64,000 bases of DNA from Glaucostegus cemiculus. Its lineage: Eukaryota. The notes beneath the pieces are model-generated. The model ran no database searches. It had not been told where the DNA came from and saw nothing but the letters and a program-made list of their open reading frames with translations. The first letter of the stretch is position 1, and each line of letters opens with the position of its first letter. Positions 27,081-40,080 of this stretch are shown in pieces. The position numbers and the translations under genes were made by a program. Location: positions 3,720,001 through 3,784,000 of the forward strand of contig CDPCPM010000052.1 in assembly GCA_976551045.1 (NCBI GenBank), written 5' to 3'.

Positions 27081-28519
27081 GTTTTGCAGTCCAACATAGT
27101 CTGAAATGGAGGATGCAACAGAAAATGACTAAACTGCTCTCATGAATAAAAACAATATTCCCGAGTACAATAGCATACTCAGTTTAAACAAACATATAAT
27201 TAAATATTTCGTAAGAGCACCCTCAATCTTGGAGCACTCATTTTTCCTTCCCCTAAATGCAAGTATAATTGACTAGAAACGCTTAACAGATCAATGCCAC
27301 TAAATGCATTATATAGTTGCAATGGTGCAGTATACTTTACCTCCAAAGTTTATTCGATTGACTTCATTTACAACTGATGAATTTCTTGGCAAATTTTATT
27401 CTAATTGACATGCATGCGTACAACACATCACAACACAAAATTCAACAGAATTCAGCTGCTGGAATCTGTTGCCCATGACTTACTTTTTAAACATCAAAAC
27501 ATATATTGTTACCTGACAACAAAGGCAGCAGTTTTTTGCTATCCTAGTACCACTGCACAATTAGTGTTGAGGGAGGTATGCCAGTATCAGTGTACAATCT
27601 CACGTCTGATTTTTTTTAAGAGAGTCCTTTCACATCTGTTTCTTTGTTCCATTTCAACAAATTTCAGACTAAAGGCTCCAATAGTGTCAATGAAAAGAGG
27701 GAATATTTCACTGGGCCTATGCATATCCATATTTCCTAATATTGTGCCAACACCCTACAGTATTGCTCTTACTATTCTAATAAAACCAACAATTTACCTC
27801 AGTCATGAATCCTGCAGATATGTTGAGTAGGATCCTAAATGACTCACCTTCCCAAAGGCCACCCACTATATATGACCTCTTTGAATTTTGGTTGCAATTC
27901 CCGGTTCTCAGTTCCAACAGAGAAGGTGTTTGAAGTCAACCTGGATGACAGCATTGAATTGGTGCCTTTACAATGTTACAATGACGGAAGTTATAAAAGC
28001 ATCAACATTTCTGAATGAGTGCGATATGCCTGACTGAAACCATTAATGCTAAACCACACAATACATGGGCTACTTGAACTAAATGCAAGTAGAATTTGCA
28101 GATTAGTTAAATAAAAGTGGAAGCATGTGGCTGCATAATCTCAAAAATGCTCCTCACAAGATGGAAAGCATACTAGGCAAGACTGAATGAGTTTCAGCAG
28201 CACAAATTTGCAGGAGCTAGCTCAAAATACACAAAGACCATGCAATGAACCAAGATATGTGCAATGCAATACAAATTGGATACTAACAATAGATTAGTGA
28301 CCCTTGATGCTAATGCCAAATATAGTACCAAAAGTTTCACAAATATACATCAACAGCAAAAACTACATCTTGCACAGATTTATCTTACAAATATCTGCAC
28401 CAAAAATGGGCACCCTTTTATGCAAAATATATATTACCTTAAACACCATAAAAAGGTAGCTCTCTAATTCAAGTAAAAACATTTACATGGAGACAAAGAG
28501 AAAATAATGGTGCATTAAT

Positions 28520-28900
28520 TGATAGTGGAGTTTGTTTTAAATTGATGCACTAACGTATTGGTTTTGTAATGATGACCATTTCTTGTAACATGTAATGTAC
28601 TGAAATAGATGCAGTAACCTGAAGCAATGACAGACTGAAATCAGTACCAACGATTTTTTCATTACGTGACATTTAAGGAAAGCAGTTTTCAGATTAAAAA
28701 TATCCTTTAAGATGGCAATTATAAAAATGTACATTAATGGGTCCAATGAAGCCCTCTGGCTACTATTCCTGTTAAATCTTCACACTTGCTACGGTTGCTA
28801 GGTAACATTTCATTTACGGTGGCACGTGAAGTTTACACAACCAAGCAGGTTGATGGGAACTGTAATAAGATTTACTTTAATGAAATACTCAAAGGGTTGC
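28520..28900. promoter_or_regulatory. Candidate intronic enhancer / conserved non-coding element
   Basis: RFX X-box GTTGCTAGGTAAC at 28794-28806, E-box CACGTG at 28823-28828, TTACGTGAC, many TAAT cores and retained CpGs, in non-repeat sequence. Confidence 0.4.
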
Positions 28901-28919
28901 TGCACCCACCACAGGGCTC

Positions 28920-30745
28920 AAAGGATCAAAGTTCAAAGGATATAAAATAAGAGCAAAGTTGGCTAAAACATAAAAATAGATAGAGATTCCAAAGACATTT
29001 GAAAAATACAAGAATTAGTAAAATGTGCATTGGTCCTTTAGAAAGTAAGTCTAGGGAATTAATAATTGAAAATAATGAAATAGCAGATGAATTAAATAGG
29101 TATTTTGTACCAGTCTTCATTATAGAGGAAACAAGTAGCATCCCTGATCTATCTCTAAGTCAGGAATTAGAAGGCAGAGAGGAACTCACGCAAATACAGT
29201 CACCAGTGAGATATCACTGAATGAATTGTCCGAGGGTTCTGAAGGATTTAATCCTAAGGTTTTGAAAGAAGTGAGATAGTTGATGCATTAGTTTTAATTT
29301 TCCAAAATTCACTAGAATCGGGGAATATTTCACTAGAGGGGAAACTAGCATAATGTAATACTTTATTCAAAAAGGGACAGAAACAGCAGACAGGAAACTT
29401 CAGGTCAGTTACCTTAATATTTGAAACAGGGAAAATGTTGAAGCTATCGTTAAAGATGCTGCAGCAGAGTACTTGGAAAATTCAGACTAATCAGGCAAAG
29501 TCAAAATGGTTTTGTGACAGAGAAATCTTGTTTGACCAGTTTATTGGTGTTCTTTGAAGTTATAACGTGCTGTGGATAAAGAGGAACGATGGATGTACTA
29601 TACTTAGATTTCTATAAGGGAATTGATAAGATGCTGCATCAAAGGTTATTGCAAACTCATGGTACAGATAACATATTGCCGTGGAGCAAAGACTGGCTGG
29701 TAACTGGAAACAGAGTAAGCGTAAATGGGTCCTTTTCTGGCTGGCAAGGTGGAACAAATAGTGTGCCACAGGAAACTGTGCTGGGGCTTCAACATATAGA
29801 AATGACTTGGATAAAAGCATTTAAGTATGGTTGCTTATTGTGCTGATGACAAAAGATCGGCAAGAAAGTGAACTGTAAAGAAGACATGAGGTATAAAGGG
29901 CATTAGGTAGTTTGTGAGCGGGTAAAATCTGGCAAATGGGAGTGTAATATGAGAAAATATGAAACAGTCCATTTTGGCAAAAAAGAACAAAGCATATTAT
30001 CAATAGTGAAAGACTGCAGAACTGAGGTGAAGTAAATCTGCAACTAACTTGTTTTCTCTCTTTCCTGGTTCTGATGAAGGGCTTTTGACCCAAGTCATTA
30101 ACTCTGTTTCTCTTTCCTTAAAAGCTGCCTGACTGTTTAAACATTTTCTGCTTTTATTTGGCATCCTAATACATGATTTGCAAAAGGTTACTATGCAGGT
30201 ACAGCAAGTAATTAGGAAAGCTAACAATGTTTTCCTTTATTTCAAGAAGCATTGAATACATACTTCAGTTATATGACACATTGATGAGACCACAACTGGA
30301 GTATTGGTCTCCATACTTAAGGATTTAAGTGTGTGGAAAGCAGTTCAGAGTAGGGTGACTAGAATGATAATCTGGAATGGGTGGATTGTCTTATGAGGAA
30401 AGATTGGGCAGGCTAGGGTTATATCCACTAGAATTTAGATGACTGGGAACTAACAATGAAACACACAAGATCCTGAGGGGTCTGATGAGGGGAAGTGGAC
30501 AGGATGTTTATTGATCTATGAGTTACTGCTTAAAATAAGAGGGCGCCCATTTAAAACAGAGATGAGGCAAATTTTTTTTTCTCCGAAGGTAGTGAATCTT
30601 TGGAATTCCCTTCCTCAAAGGATGGTAGGATCGGTGTCTTTGAATATTTTAAAGGCAAAGGTAAGTAGATTCTTGATAAAAGGGGTGAAAGGTTACAAGA
30701 AGAGCCATGGTTTTAACGAGCAGCCAATCCTGCTCCTAATTCAAA
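28920..30745 (+). mobile_element. Decayed CR1-like LINE ORF2 (tether, RT, 3' end)
   Basis: IGPLESKSRELIIENNEIADELNRYF, MDVLYLDFYKGIDK, VPQETVLG, ADD, KIRGRPFKTEMRQ..VVNLWNSLPQ. Frameshifted. Confidence 0.88.
30040..30160 (+). mobile_element. Solo Penelope-type terminal repeat nested in CR1
   Basis: GGTTCTGATGAAGGGCTTTTGACCCAAGTCATTAACTCTGTTTCTC..GCTGCCTGAC: CTGATGA box and stem II kept, GAAA box decayed. Confidence 0.7.
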
Positions 30746-31319
30746 TGTTCACATGCTGTCAAATTTCATCTTGCATGGGGAGGTTGGGAAAATTGTAGAG
30801 GGCAGATCATTTTAGTTGCACTTCCTTCCAGTAATGAAAACAATGCACAAGGCTTCTACTAATAGCAGTGCATAAACAGTAAGTATAAGATGGGACATTA
30901 ACCTGTTTTGTTACTTTGTTGGGAAGGGCTGGAGGGAACAGCGAGACATTGGAACTCTCACCAAAACAATGTTTTTGCTGGCCTCGTATATTTTCTTAGA
31001 TATTAGAGTGTTTCCAGATTTTTTTAAAATTGTTTTTGTATTAGATTGATATAGTTTAATCTCAAATATAGATGCAGAGAGCTATTTAGCCCATCTTCAC
31101 TCATGCACATACAGTTTCAAACATTTGTAAGTGGCTGATTTGTTCTATTTTAGTGATGATGCCACCACCAACAACCACCAGACCAGACTGAACACTGATC
31201 ACACTAGAACTTCCCTGGTTTTTAATCTTAGTACTGCACATTTATCCCTGAGTTTACCGTTTTTCACTAGTCTAACAATCAAGTTATTAAATTCCACATT
31301 CCTGGTATAAACTAAAAGA

Positions 31320-31520
31320 CTTCCATTTATATTATGCCTTTCACCACCTTAAAACATCCCAAAACAAGTTAAAATCAATTAGATATTTTGAAGTTTTAGT
31401 ACTACCACAGGTTAGAAGAACCCTCATACAGCAAGCTGCCATAAAGAGCAATGTTATAATGACCAAATAGTCAGTTTTTATTTGAAGAATAAAAATTGAA
31501 CAATACACCAGGAAAATTCA
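31320..31520 (-). mobile_element. Deu-domain-like SINE 3' half, decayed
   Basis: ATTTATATTATGCCTTTCAC..AAACATCCCAAA..CATACAGCAAG..GCAATGTTATAATGACCA is the reverse complement of the 33150-33550 tail. A similar copy lies at ~31900-32060. Confidence 0.45.
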
Positions 31521-32129
31521 GCTTGATTGCTTCTGAGACCTTCCTGTTTTTATAGTATCACATCCCTTTCTTATTCCAAAGAGGAAACTGTGCAGATCTA
31601 TACTGTATAAAAATATACTGATGGTAAGAGTAAAAACTCCTACAGTATAAACCTAGTCATCATCTGGAGAGATTCTGATAATGACATCTGTGCACAGGCT
31701 TCAGCTGATAAAAACTAGCACAAAGAAGGTAAGAAACAGGAGATTAGTCACCAAGGGAGAGAGAGCATTCTTTGAACTCTTGACAATATACTCTGACTCT
31801 CTCTGAAGATGAGTTGTGTGACTAGCCATTAAAAATCTCTCAAGGTATGCTAGGCATATTCAATTTCTCCCCTTAAAAATAACTTATCTATATTTTAGAC
31901 AGCCTTGCATTTATGAGCCTTTTCAGTCCCTTTGAAGTGGAGGGTAGTGTAATGTAGGAAATTTGTCCACAACAAGTTCCCACAAATGACCATATAATCT
32001 GCTCCAGTAATGTCGATTGAGGAATAAACATCCGTTAGGGCACCAGGAGTAACTACCTGGGTCTGCATTGAAATAATGGCTTTTGTAATAGAAAGGTCGA
32101 GAATTCTTTTTAAAGTGCTGTGAGATTGA

Positions 32130-32740
32130 AAACTATTGGTGTTCAAGGAAAGCATTAGGAAGTCAAATGTTATACTAGCCTTTGTTGCAAGACATTTGCC
32201 TTACTGTAATTATATAGAGAGCCCCGATGAGACCACATCTGAAATACTGTGTACAGGTCTGGTCTTTCTACCCAAGAAAGGGTATACTTGCAAAAGAGGG
32301 AGTGCAGCAAAAGTCTACCAATTTGACTTTTGGGAATTGAAGTTTGTCCTTTCAGGACAGATTACGCAGACTGGGCCTTTTCTCTCTGAAGTTTACTAAA
32401 AATGAGAGGAAAGCTCTCTGAAATGTACAGAATTCATCCAGAGTTTTACAGGGTAATGCAAGGATGATGTTTCCCTTGGCAAGGTTGTCTAAAACAATGG
32501 GTCACAGCCTCAAAATAAGGGGTTGGCCATTCAGGACAGGGATGAGACAATATTTTGTACCCATGAATTCTTTACGCAAGAGTGCTGTGATGGATCAGTC
32601 AAGGCAGATCTGATATTAATGGATCCAAGGGATATTGGATTGTTGCAGGGAGGCTGTGAGAAGATAAAGCTCAGCTGTCATCTTTCTGAACTGTTGAGCA
32701 GATATGAGGGCTGAATGGCCTACTTCTGCTTCTTGTCCTT
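32130..32740 (+). mobile_element. Decayed CR1-like LINE 3' fragment
   Basis: IRKSNVILAFVAR, GAGACCACATCTGAAATACTGTGTACAG (RPHLEYCVQ-like), GHSLKIRG, terminal GGGCTGAATGGCCTACTTCTGCT. Confidence 0.8.
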
Positions 32741-33149
32741 AAGATCTGCTCCATTCCAATGACCTGGTCTTAATAGCCAATGCAAATTGAACTCGGGAGA
32801 CCACTGTTTATTTTTTATTCCAATCTTTCCTCCCTTTGGCATTCTAATTACATAGGCATATTCAACAGCATGTGCATGGGAAAATACCACAATCAGCAAT
32901 GAAAGAAACAGGCAGTTGAAAATGCTAAATATATCACACAGAAAAAGTGTCCTTAAGGAGCAGAGGAAGGCATGAGATACATCCCAAATTATTAATACAT
33001 AAATCTACTACCTTGCTGTGATCATGTCAGTACAAAACTTAGAGTCACTGAAGAGTGAATGAATTCTTCAATCTAGTTTTTCTCTTTTTTTCAAGAAGAA
33101 GTCATCTGCCATTTCAGCTCAAAAATCAGATGGGGTCATTTAGTGAGAT

Positions 33150-33550
33150 TAATCATATACAAGTGTCAGCTTCATTCAGCCAAGGTTCTCTTGCCTTGCG
33201 GTCAGAAGATAATCAAGACTAATAGTGCAGCAGCATCCTGCATTGTTGGAGGTGTCATCTTTGACTTGGATGTCTATGTGAAGCTCTCTGACTGCCTGAT
33301 AAGATGCATGTAAAAGATTTCCTGGTATTACTGAAAGATGTTTAGTCTCCTGAACAATATTTATTCCTTTACCAATATCACAAAAATAATTCAACTGCTT
33401 ACTTCATTGCTGATTGTGGCATTTTCCCAAGCACAGGCTGTTGAATATGCCTACATTATTAGAATGCCAACACCTCATAAGTTTTAAAATGGTTGCAAGG
33501 TACTTTGGAGCATTATGATATGAAATTTGATATAAATATTTCAATATCAT
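33150..33550 (+). mobile_element. Deu-domain-like SINE, decayed
   Basis: CTGCATTGTTGGAGGTGTCATCTTT..GTAAAAGAT..CAATATTTATTCCT..CATTGCTGATTGTGG..CCTACATT resembles the DeuSINE core as I recall it. Confidence 0.5.
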
Positions 33551-34417
33551 CTTATATTTTTCCAAGGAGAAATGTAGAATTTGAGTTCTCCTCTCTGCTC
33601 AACATTGAGCCACAATCGCCACAGGTTTTCTAGTTTAATTTGGGGGCCAGGGCAACATTGATCAATTTCAATTTACCATTAACCTCGACATCCAGCTAAA
33701 CCAGAACCAGAGTTAGGGCATAGTGAAGAAAATCAGAAATTATTGTTCTTAAAAGGATTTGGTCAAATACTCTGTCATAGAACACTGTTGCCCTGGCCAT
33801 AGCCTTTTCATCCACAGCAAAAGAATTTTATTTCATATAAGCACACTGATGTAGCTATTGATCTCTCCAAACCCCTGATTTCCCAAGCCGCATAGAAAAA
33901 AGATGCAAACAAAAGCATGCTTTTTTTCTCTATGAAGCACATTTGTAGAGGCAGGGGCAGCTCTCTTTTCTGCTACCAGGAATCCAAATCTCTCACTCCC
34001 TCTCCCTGCCTATTTTACTTGCACTTCCAAATTTATAATAGTTGATACATATTTGCATACAGTTGCATACACAAGGGGTTCTGGGGCAAAATCAGCAGAA
34101 GCACAGGTTTCGTTTCTTTGTTCAGAAGTTGGCAGGAACAAAACTGCAGCTGGAGACAATTTTTCCAGGCAAATGCTGTTTGTTCAAGTTCAAAATGAGT
34201 TGGTCATAATTAAACTCTACTGCACATTATGGATTTCAGCTGGATTCAGAGCCGGTCCATTTCTCAGTGTATAATATTATCAAGGTATAATCAAAGCAAA
34301 GCTGTGGAGGGTGTGCACAACAAACATTATCAATGTTGAAATTGCCCTTCCTATAATGTTATCACAGAGCAGGCACTTCAGTGCCATGATTAAAACTAAT
34401 TTCATCGATGGTCATAC

Positions 34418-34662
34418 CTGTTCATATTTTTCAAGCTCTGTGTGGTAGATCTGTCTGATCTGGGATAATTTGGCTCTGTAATCTGAGTGTTCCGCAGTAT
34501 TATCTGATCCTGATCCCCCTGACGCTGCTGCCGCCGCTGCTGCTGCTGCCGCCCCTCCACCTTTCTCTGGTCCAGAAACCCCTTCCGCCAGCAACATGTT
34601 GTCAAGTCTCATTAACTGGGGATCTGGTGGTTCTTCCTCCTGCGCGCCTCTGATACTGAGAC
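34418..34662 (-). CDS. pbx1: PBX homeobox gene, coding exon 3 (end of PBC-A, poly-Ala linker, start of PBC-B)
   Basis: Translates as (G)[81 protein letters not shown]. Acceptor ttctccAG at 34664-34663, donor CAG|GTATGA at 34417, 245 nt, phase 1 to 0. Linker length (GGxGSDN) and KLSQ favour PBX1 over PBX3. Family assignment is certain, paralogue is moderate. Confidence 0.93.
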
Positions 34663-35599
34663 CTGGAGAAAGAAAACAGGCAACATTCAGAATTCATACA
34701 AAATATGGGAATTTAAGAACAATAACCAGTGTTCAACTAAATTACTTTAAGATCAGCAGTGAAACAAGTGGTCATCGATCTACTGCACATCAGCCTCAAA
34801 GGACAACAACCTTGGAATTACAGAATCATAGGAACAATGACCTATGTCAGGCCAAGGTCTGTGCCTGTGCTTATTTTGTTTACACATAATCTTTATGGAA
34901 TGACTTACATAACATCAACAATGAAATCCAGCAAAATTTTAGAAATACAAGCATACTCATTGTGTCAAGGCTACACTAACCATATACTAGAAAGTATGCT
35001 AGAAAAAAATATGCTCAGAGGCAAGTAAGACAAAACCATGGCATTAAGATAACAACCTTTAATCAGGTACTTTGGAAGAAGTTCATCTGTGGTCACTAGC
35101 ACTGAGTGCATTTGAGAAATGGTATCAGTTCTACTTACAATTCATTTCTTACATCTTAACTGGTTGTCAATATTCTCACATGCATTGGCACTAATAACCA
35201 AGGATAAATTTCTCTCCAATGGTGATATATTTACAGCTACATTGTTCTGCGGTAATAGACATTTTTTAAAAACAACTAATGCAGGTTAATTCATTTTTGG
35301 ACATTGTTTTGTTCTGGATGAATAATAACACATTGATGACAAATATGTTTATTCCTTCATCAGTTGAGATTAACAAAAGGTTGCTCCAAGATAGTCAAGC
35401 ACATTTCACTGCGCATCATCACCACAAAGCTAAAGGGCAAAACTTCAAATATAACAAAGTTAGATTATCAGATAATGACACTACCACAGAATGCCACCAC
35501 ATACAAAAAAATCATTCACAGTTTTAAACACTGTCTTCACCAAGACACTGAACAGTTCAAAACCCATACCAAGCCAATCACATAAAGCTCCTAAATTTG

Positions 35600-35970
35600 A
35601 AGGACTTGTACCCAAAATTAAGAGAGGAATAGATAGATAGTCAAAATCTTTCTCCCATGATAGGGGTATCAAAACAAGAGGGCACAGATTTAAGATTAGA
35701 GGGAAGAGTTTTAATGGGGATCTGAGTGGAAAGATTTTCTTCTTTACACGGAGAGTGGTTGATATCTGGAATGCTTTGTAGAGGAGAAGGTAGAATCATA
35801 TACAATAACTGTATTTAACAGACATTTAGATATATACTTAAATAGGCAACGCATAAAGGAAATGGTCTTCATGCGGGCATATGGGATTAGTGCAGATGAG
35901 CAAAGAGAGCAGCATGGACGTGGTAGGCCAAAGGGCCCGTTTCTGTGCTGTAGAACTCTATGACTCATCT
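35600..35970 (+). mobile_element. CR1-like LINE 3' terminal fragment
   Basis: KTRGHRFKIRGKSFNGDLSGK-like coding remnant; tail GGCCAAAGGGCCCGTTTCTGTGCTGTAGAACTCTATG. Confidence 0.82.
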
Positions 35971-37994
35971 AATTAAACATATATGTGCATTTACTTAAAT
36001 TTACATGACATTGAATCTCTCTTTATCCTGCTGTGCTAAATATAATATAACAATCATTAATCTGCTGTTGAAGCTCAAATTGTACACCCATTTTAATATG
36101 CTTGCACACTGGCCAAAATAGAAATACTGAAACATTGTTTAATAGTGCACTTGCTTTTCTAATGATACAGGGTTTTGCTCATCTCTCAGCATATCCTAAT
36201 TAGCAGTCTTTCAATATGCAGCACACACCTGCCCTTTCGGATAATGGGAATGTGCATCTGCGTAGAACACTGCATTCAAAGGCCAATAAATAAATTACAG
36301 GTCAAAAATATTACAAAGCATTCTCTAAAGAAACTCACATCCTTCTCTATTCAAAACAGATGTGAAAACCACCCAAATCCCATCAAATTGTATGATTACA
36401 AGAGCATTCACTCCTAATAATCTGACTGCAATTCAGAGACTTTCAGCAGCTCATTAACAACACGTTAATACTTGGAAAGCTTTTGATTTATAAAAAAAAG
36501 ATTAGAACTGACCAGAGCTATACAGCAGAACCAAAAACAAACAATTTTTTTTTGCATATGCAATTTTGGTACGATGCAGATCTTACTGGCATATTACAAT
36601 GGGGAAACTAACAAATATTTGAAATGGGATGTTCTTGTCATTAATGTACTTTTCCTGGGTAATTCCAGAGATTGAATTCACCAAAAAAACACACCTGTTT
36701 TTTTTGGATATGTTTCAGCAGCTCTATGTAAATCCTATAAAAAGAATCTGAGCTTGACTGCCAGATGTGATGAAGGGCCATACTCTGAATATTTACCCTA
36801 TTCTTCATTCAGATACTTACTTACCCTACAGCACATTTCTGGAATTTCATGTTCATATTTCAGATCATCAATTATAGTGAACAGCATTTTAACTTTAAAA
36901 CTTCATTCCCTCTCCCCTCACTCAAACCTTTCTTCTGGCATTCACCTGGAAGCATGTTTTCATCCAAATTTACATGTATGAGCAACTCTGCAGTGACTTG
37001 GAACAGAGGCTTCTTAAAGATGCAAGTCAAGAATAAGGGACCAAAATCTTGAGTGATTATTCCTACCTTCCTGGTCATTGTCAAGTGGTGCAGCTTGAAA
37101 TGAGGAGAGGGCAGTACTCCATAAGGTCTGATCCTATTAGAATTACTTGCTTGACCACTCTCCACCACTCTTTGCAGCAAATTCTTCAGTTGAAACCTAC
37201 CAGCCATTTATAAATTGCATAACTTTTTTATCTGATAGTTTGTGCTTAGCTGCATGCTGAATATTCTTTGCTGGATTTAAATTAACTTTGAGCACATAGA
37301 TTGATGGATGCTGGGATGACAAATATTCACATAATAATAAAATGAAATGTTGCAATAGTTCTGCCTCTACCCCATCTCCTGCCTCAAATAAAAACAACAG
37401 TATTAGTCACCGGGCATGCAAATCTTGTAGCCAAATATAATCTCAATGTTTTTCAAGAATTATAAGGGGATGTGGGAATATCATTTAAAGTCCCTTACCC
37501 ATTTGACTTCAATGTATCTTTTTTTTGGAAATTGATAACTACAATATTTTTAAAATACAGTTTATTTCCTTGTCAAACTAATTATTAGAATGAAATGTTT
37601 TTTCCCCAGTACCTATTTTCTTTTGAAGATGGGTGTTTTTAAGAACAATACATTCTATGCAAATCTAATCTGAATAGCTTTGAAAAGCTGTCTTCGGTAG
37701 GCCCAGGTGCTGCCTTCCTGTCCAAACCATTGATGGAACAGATGTGCATTGACAGCACTGTTAGCTGAACATACACTGTGTGAGTCTGAGAGCTAATGTC
37801 ACTTTCACTCTTGCATAAAGCATTGGTGTGGTACTGTATGTGCACGCTTCTCATGTCAGGTTTATTAAGTATAACACATTCTGAAGCACTATGCATTCCA
37901 CTTTCCAGGCTAACCCAGTTGTCACTTTCACTTGTCTTGTTCTGTATGGAGGAAAAATGCAACACTGGGAATTTACAAGACTTTTCTGTTAAAT

Positions 37995-38006
37995 GGCCAT
38001 AAATCA
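37995..38006 (-). promoter_or_regulatory. Consensus PBX-HOX composite site TGATTTATGGCC
   Basis: + strand GGCCATAAATCA. A second GGCCATAAA lies at 38035-38043 and a MEIS site TGACAG at 37750-37755. Confidence 0.45.
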
Positions 38007-39145
38007 CAGGTTTCATTCAAACCGAATAATCACTGGCCATAAAGAGCTACTTGTCTCTTACCATATATTACAGTCAAGTTCCTGTGAGCAATAATGCATC
38101 CGTTCATAGAAAAGAAAAACAGAGCTAGACATTAAGAATTGACATCTAATTCTGTTACAGGGGACAATGTGTAGAGTGTGGATGACATTTTTATCATACA
38201 TGTCTATTTCTATTTGGAAAATAAACAGAATAAAAATGATTACCCAACTGCCCAAACTCCAGCTTCCAAGAGACGTCCTCTGAGGTCTCCAGATGCCAGT
38301 TTTATAATGTTTCATTAAATGTGTGGGCTCGAAAGCAGAGAGGAGTTCTGCCTTGTCGAATAAACAAAGAAAATAAACCTGAAATAACTATGGATTAACC
38401 ACTTATAAATTCTGAAATAAATTACATCCTATTTGGTGAATATGAAATCCAAGCTGTGGGTGGGAGGGGCGAGTATTCTTTTCATCTTGTGTATTTCATT
38501 TATTTCCTTTATGTTCTAAGGCAGGCTAGAGAGAGACTATAAGGCTGCTTGTTTTAAATCAGCTTTTACCAGCTACTATGTGCAAAGATTAAAATTAAAA
38601 TATTTATTAATCTAATACATTGTGCAGTCCAAATTAGTGGAGGATGAGGGTTTATAATTTGGACATGGGATGTTTCTAGGAAGACGATGAAAGGAAAAAA
38701 CACTTTGAAAAACATAACTTGTAAGGATTTTTTTTAGAAACAATTTGTTCCCATCATCTATACTTATGTTTCCTTTTGGCACAACCCTTTCCACAGCCAG
38801 TGCCTTAGTATGTACAGCCGTTATGACTGAACTTCCTTTTTACATGGTTTTTACAGTACACACTCTAATTAATTCCTACAGAGCCTCATGGTCCAGATCC
38901 TGCCAATCCAGTAAGCTGCCAACAAATATTACAACATATACAATAAAAGTCACGGAAGAAACTTATGAGCAACATAATAAATCCAGCTGTTACCTTATTC
39001 TTCCCACAAAACCATCTTAAATAGAATAGTACAGACTCTCCTGGTAGCTGTAACTTTGCACCAGAGTATAACAGAACAACAGAATTAGGTCATTGCGTTC
39101 CCACACTCTGGTCCGAACTCTTCTAATGTGAGTTCATTGGATTCT

Positions 39146-39394
39146 AATAAATTAAATAAATTTTATTTACAGCATGATGACGGGCCCTTTTGGCCCAACA
39201 AGTCCGCGCCGCACATTTTCAACCCTCAAATTAACCTACCCATATGTCTTTAGAATGTGGGAGGAAACCAGAGCACCCGGAGGAAACCCACGCAGACACG
39301 GGAGAACGTACAAACTCCTTACAGTCAGCAACGGGAATCGAACCCCAATCGCTGGCGCTGTAACAGCGTCGCACTAACCGCTACGTTATCGTGC
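39146..39394 (-). mobile_element. Young V-domain tRNA SINE with CR1-type tail
   Basis: A-box-like TAGCGGTTAGTG, B box GGTTCGATTCC (39344-39334), V-core GCGTGGGTTTCCTCCGGGTGCTCTGGTTTCCTCCCACA, GGGCCAAAAGGGCCC tail hairpin. Many CpGs retained. Confidence 0.9.
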
Positions 39395-39839
39395 AATATG
39401 AAGCCTGTTTATTTTCATTCAGAGTTGTAAAACGGCAAACCCAATGATCTAAAATCAAATAGGTGTGATGAATAAATATTTTGTTACACAGCTACTGAAT
39501 CATAGAAACTTGTAGCACAAGAGGTTGCCCCCAACTCTTTGAAAAAGACCTAAAGAGAATGCATTTTAAATTTACCAAGCAACTATTTGTCTGCTGTATT
39601 GGCTCATTTCACTTTAACAATTCTAGAGCATGGAAACTATTAAATTGCATAACAATATTTCCCTTTGGCAATATGCAATTGAAGATCAATTTTTTTGCTG
39701 GAGTAAAATCCAATAATGTCACGCCAGAAATTTGGCCAGGCACCCTAGTCTCCTGACAACTTCTACAACAAGGTGCAGGAGGTGACACTGTTATTCGAAG
39801 CTCTATGGAGAAAATTGGACCTGACCACATATATCCTAT

Positions 39840-40080
39840 GCCCACCTGAAGCCAAGTTCCAGACCCTCCTGATCTACCACCTTTTCATCATCCGAGATCC
39901 TCAATCTCTCCCTGCACCTATCCTGCCACCTCTACCTTCAATCCTTGCTGATCCCTCTCCCTTCAGTCCCCAGTTATTTCCAATCAAAGGTCATCAAGCT
40001 AAAACATTACACCTATTTCTCCCTCCACAGACACTGCTGGACTTGGTGAATATTTCAAGGATTTTGTTGTTGTTTCACAC
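39840..40080 (+). mobile_element. Penelope-type 3' region and terminal repeat, decayed
   Basis: C/T-rich tract followed by AAAGGTCATCAAGCTAAAACATTA..TTTCTCCCTCCACAGACACTGCTGGAC. Confidence 0.5.

Noticed and set aside
39320-39394. tRNA gene (A and B boxes), also at 44851-44920 and ~17135-17200
   Set aside because: No full cloverleaf, and each continues into a V-SINE core, so these are SINE heads.
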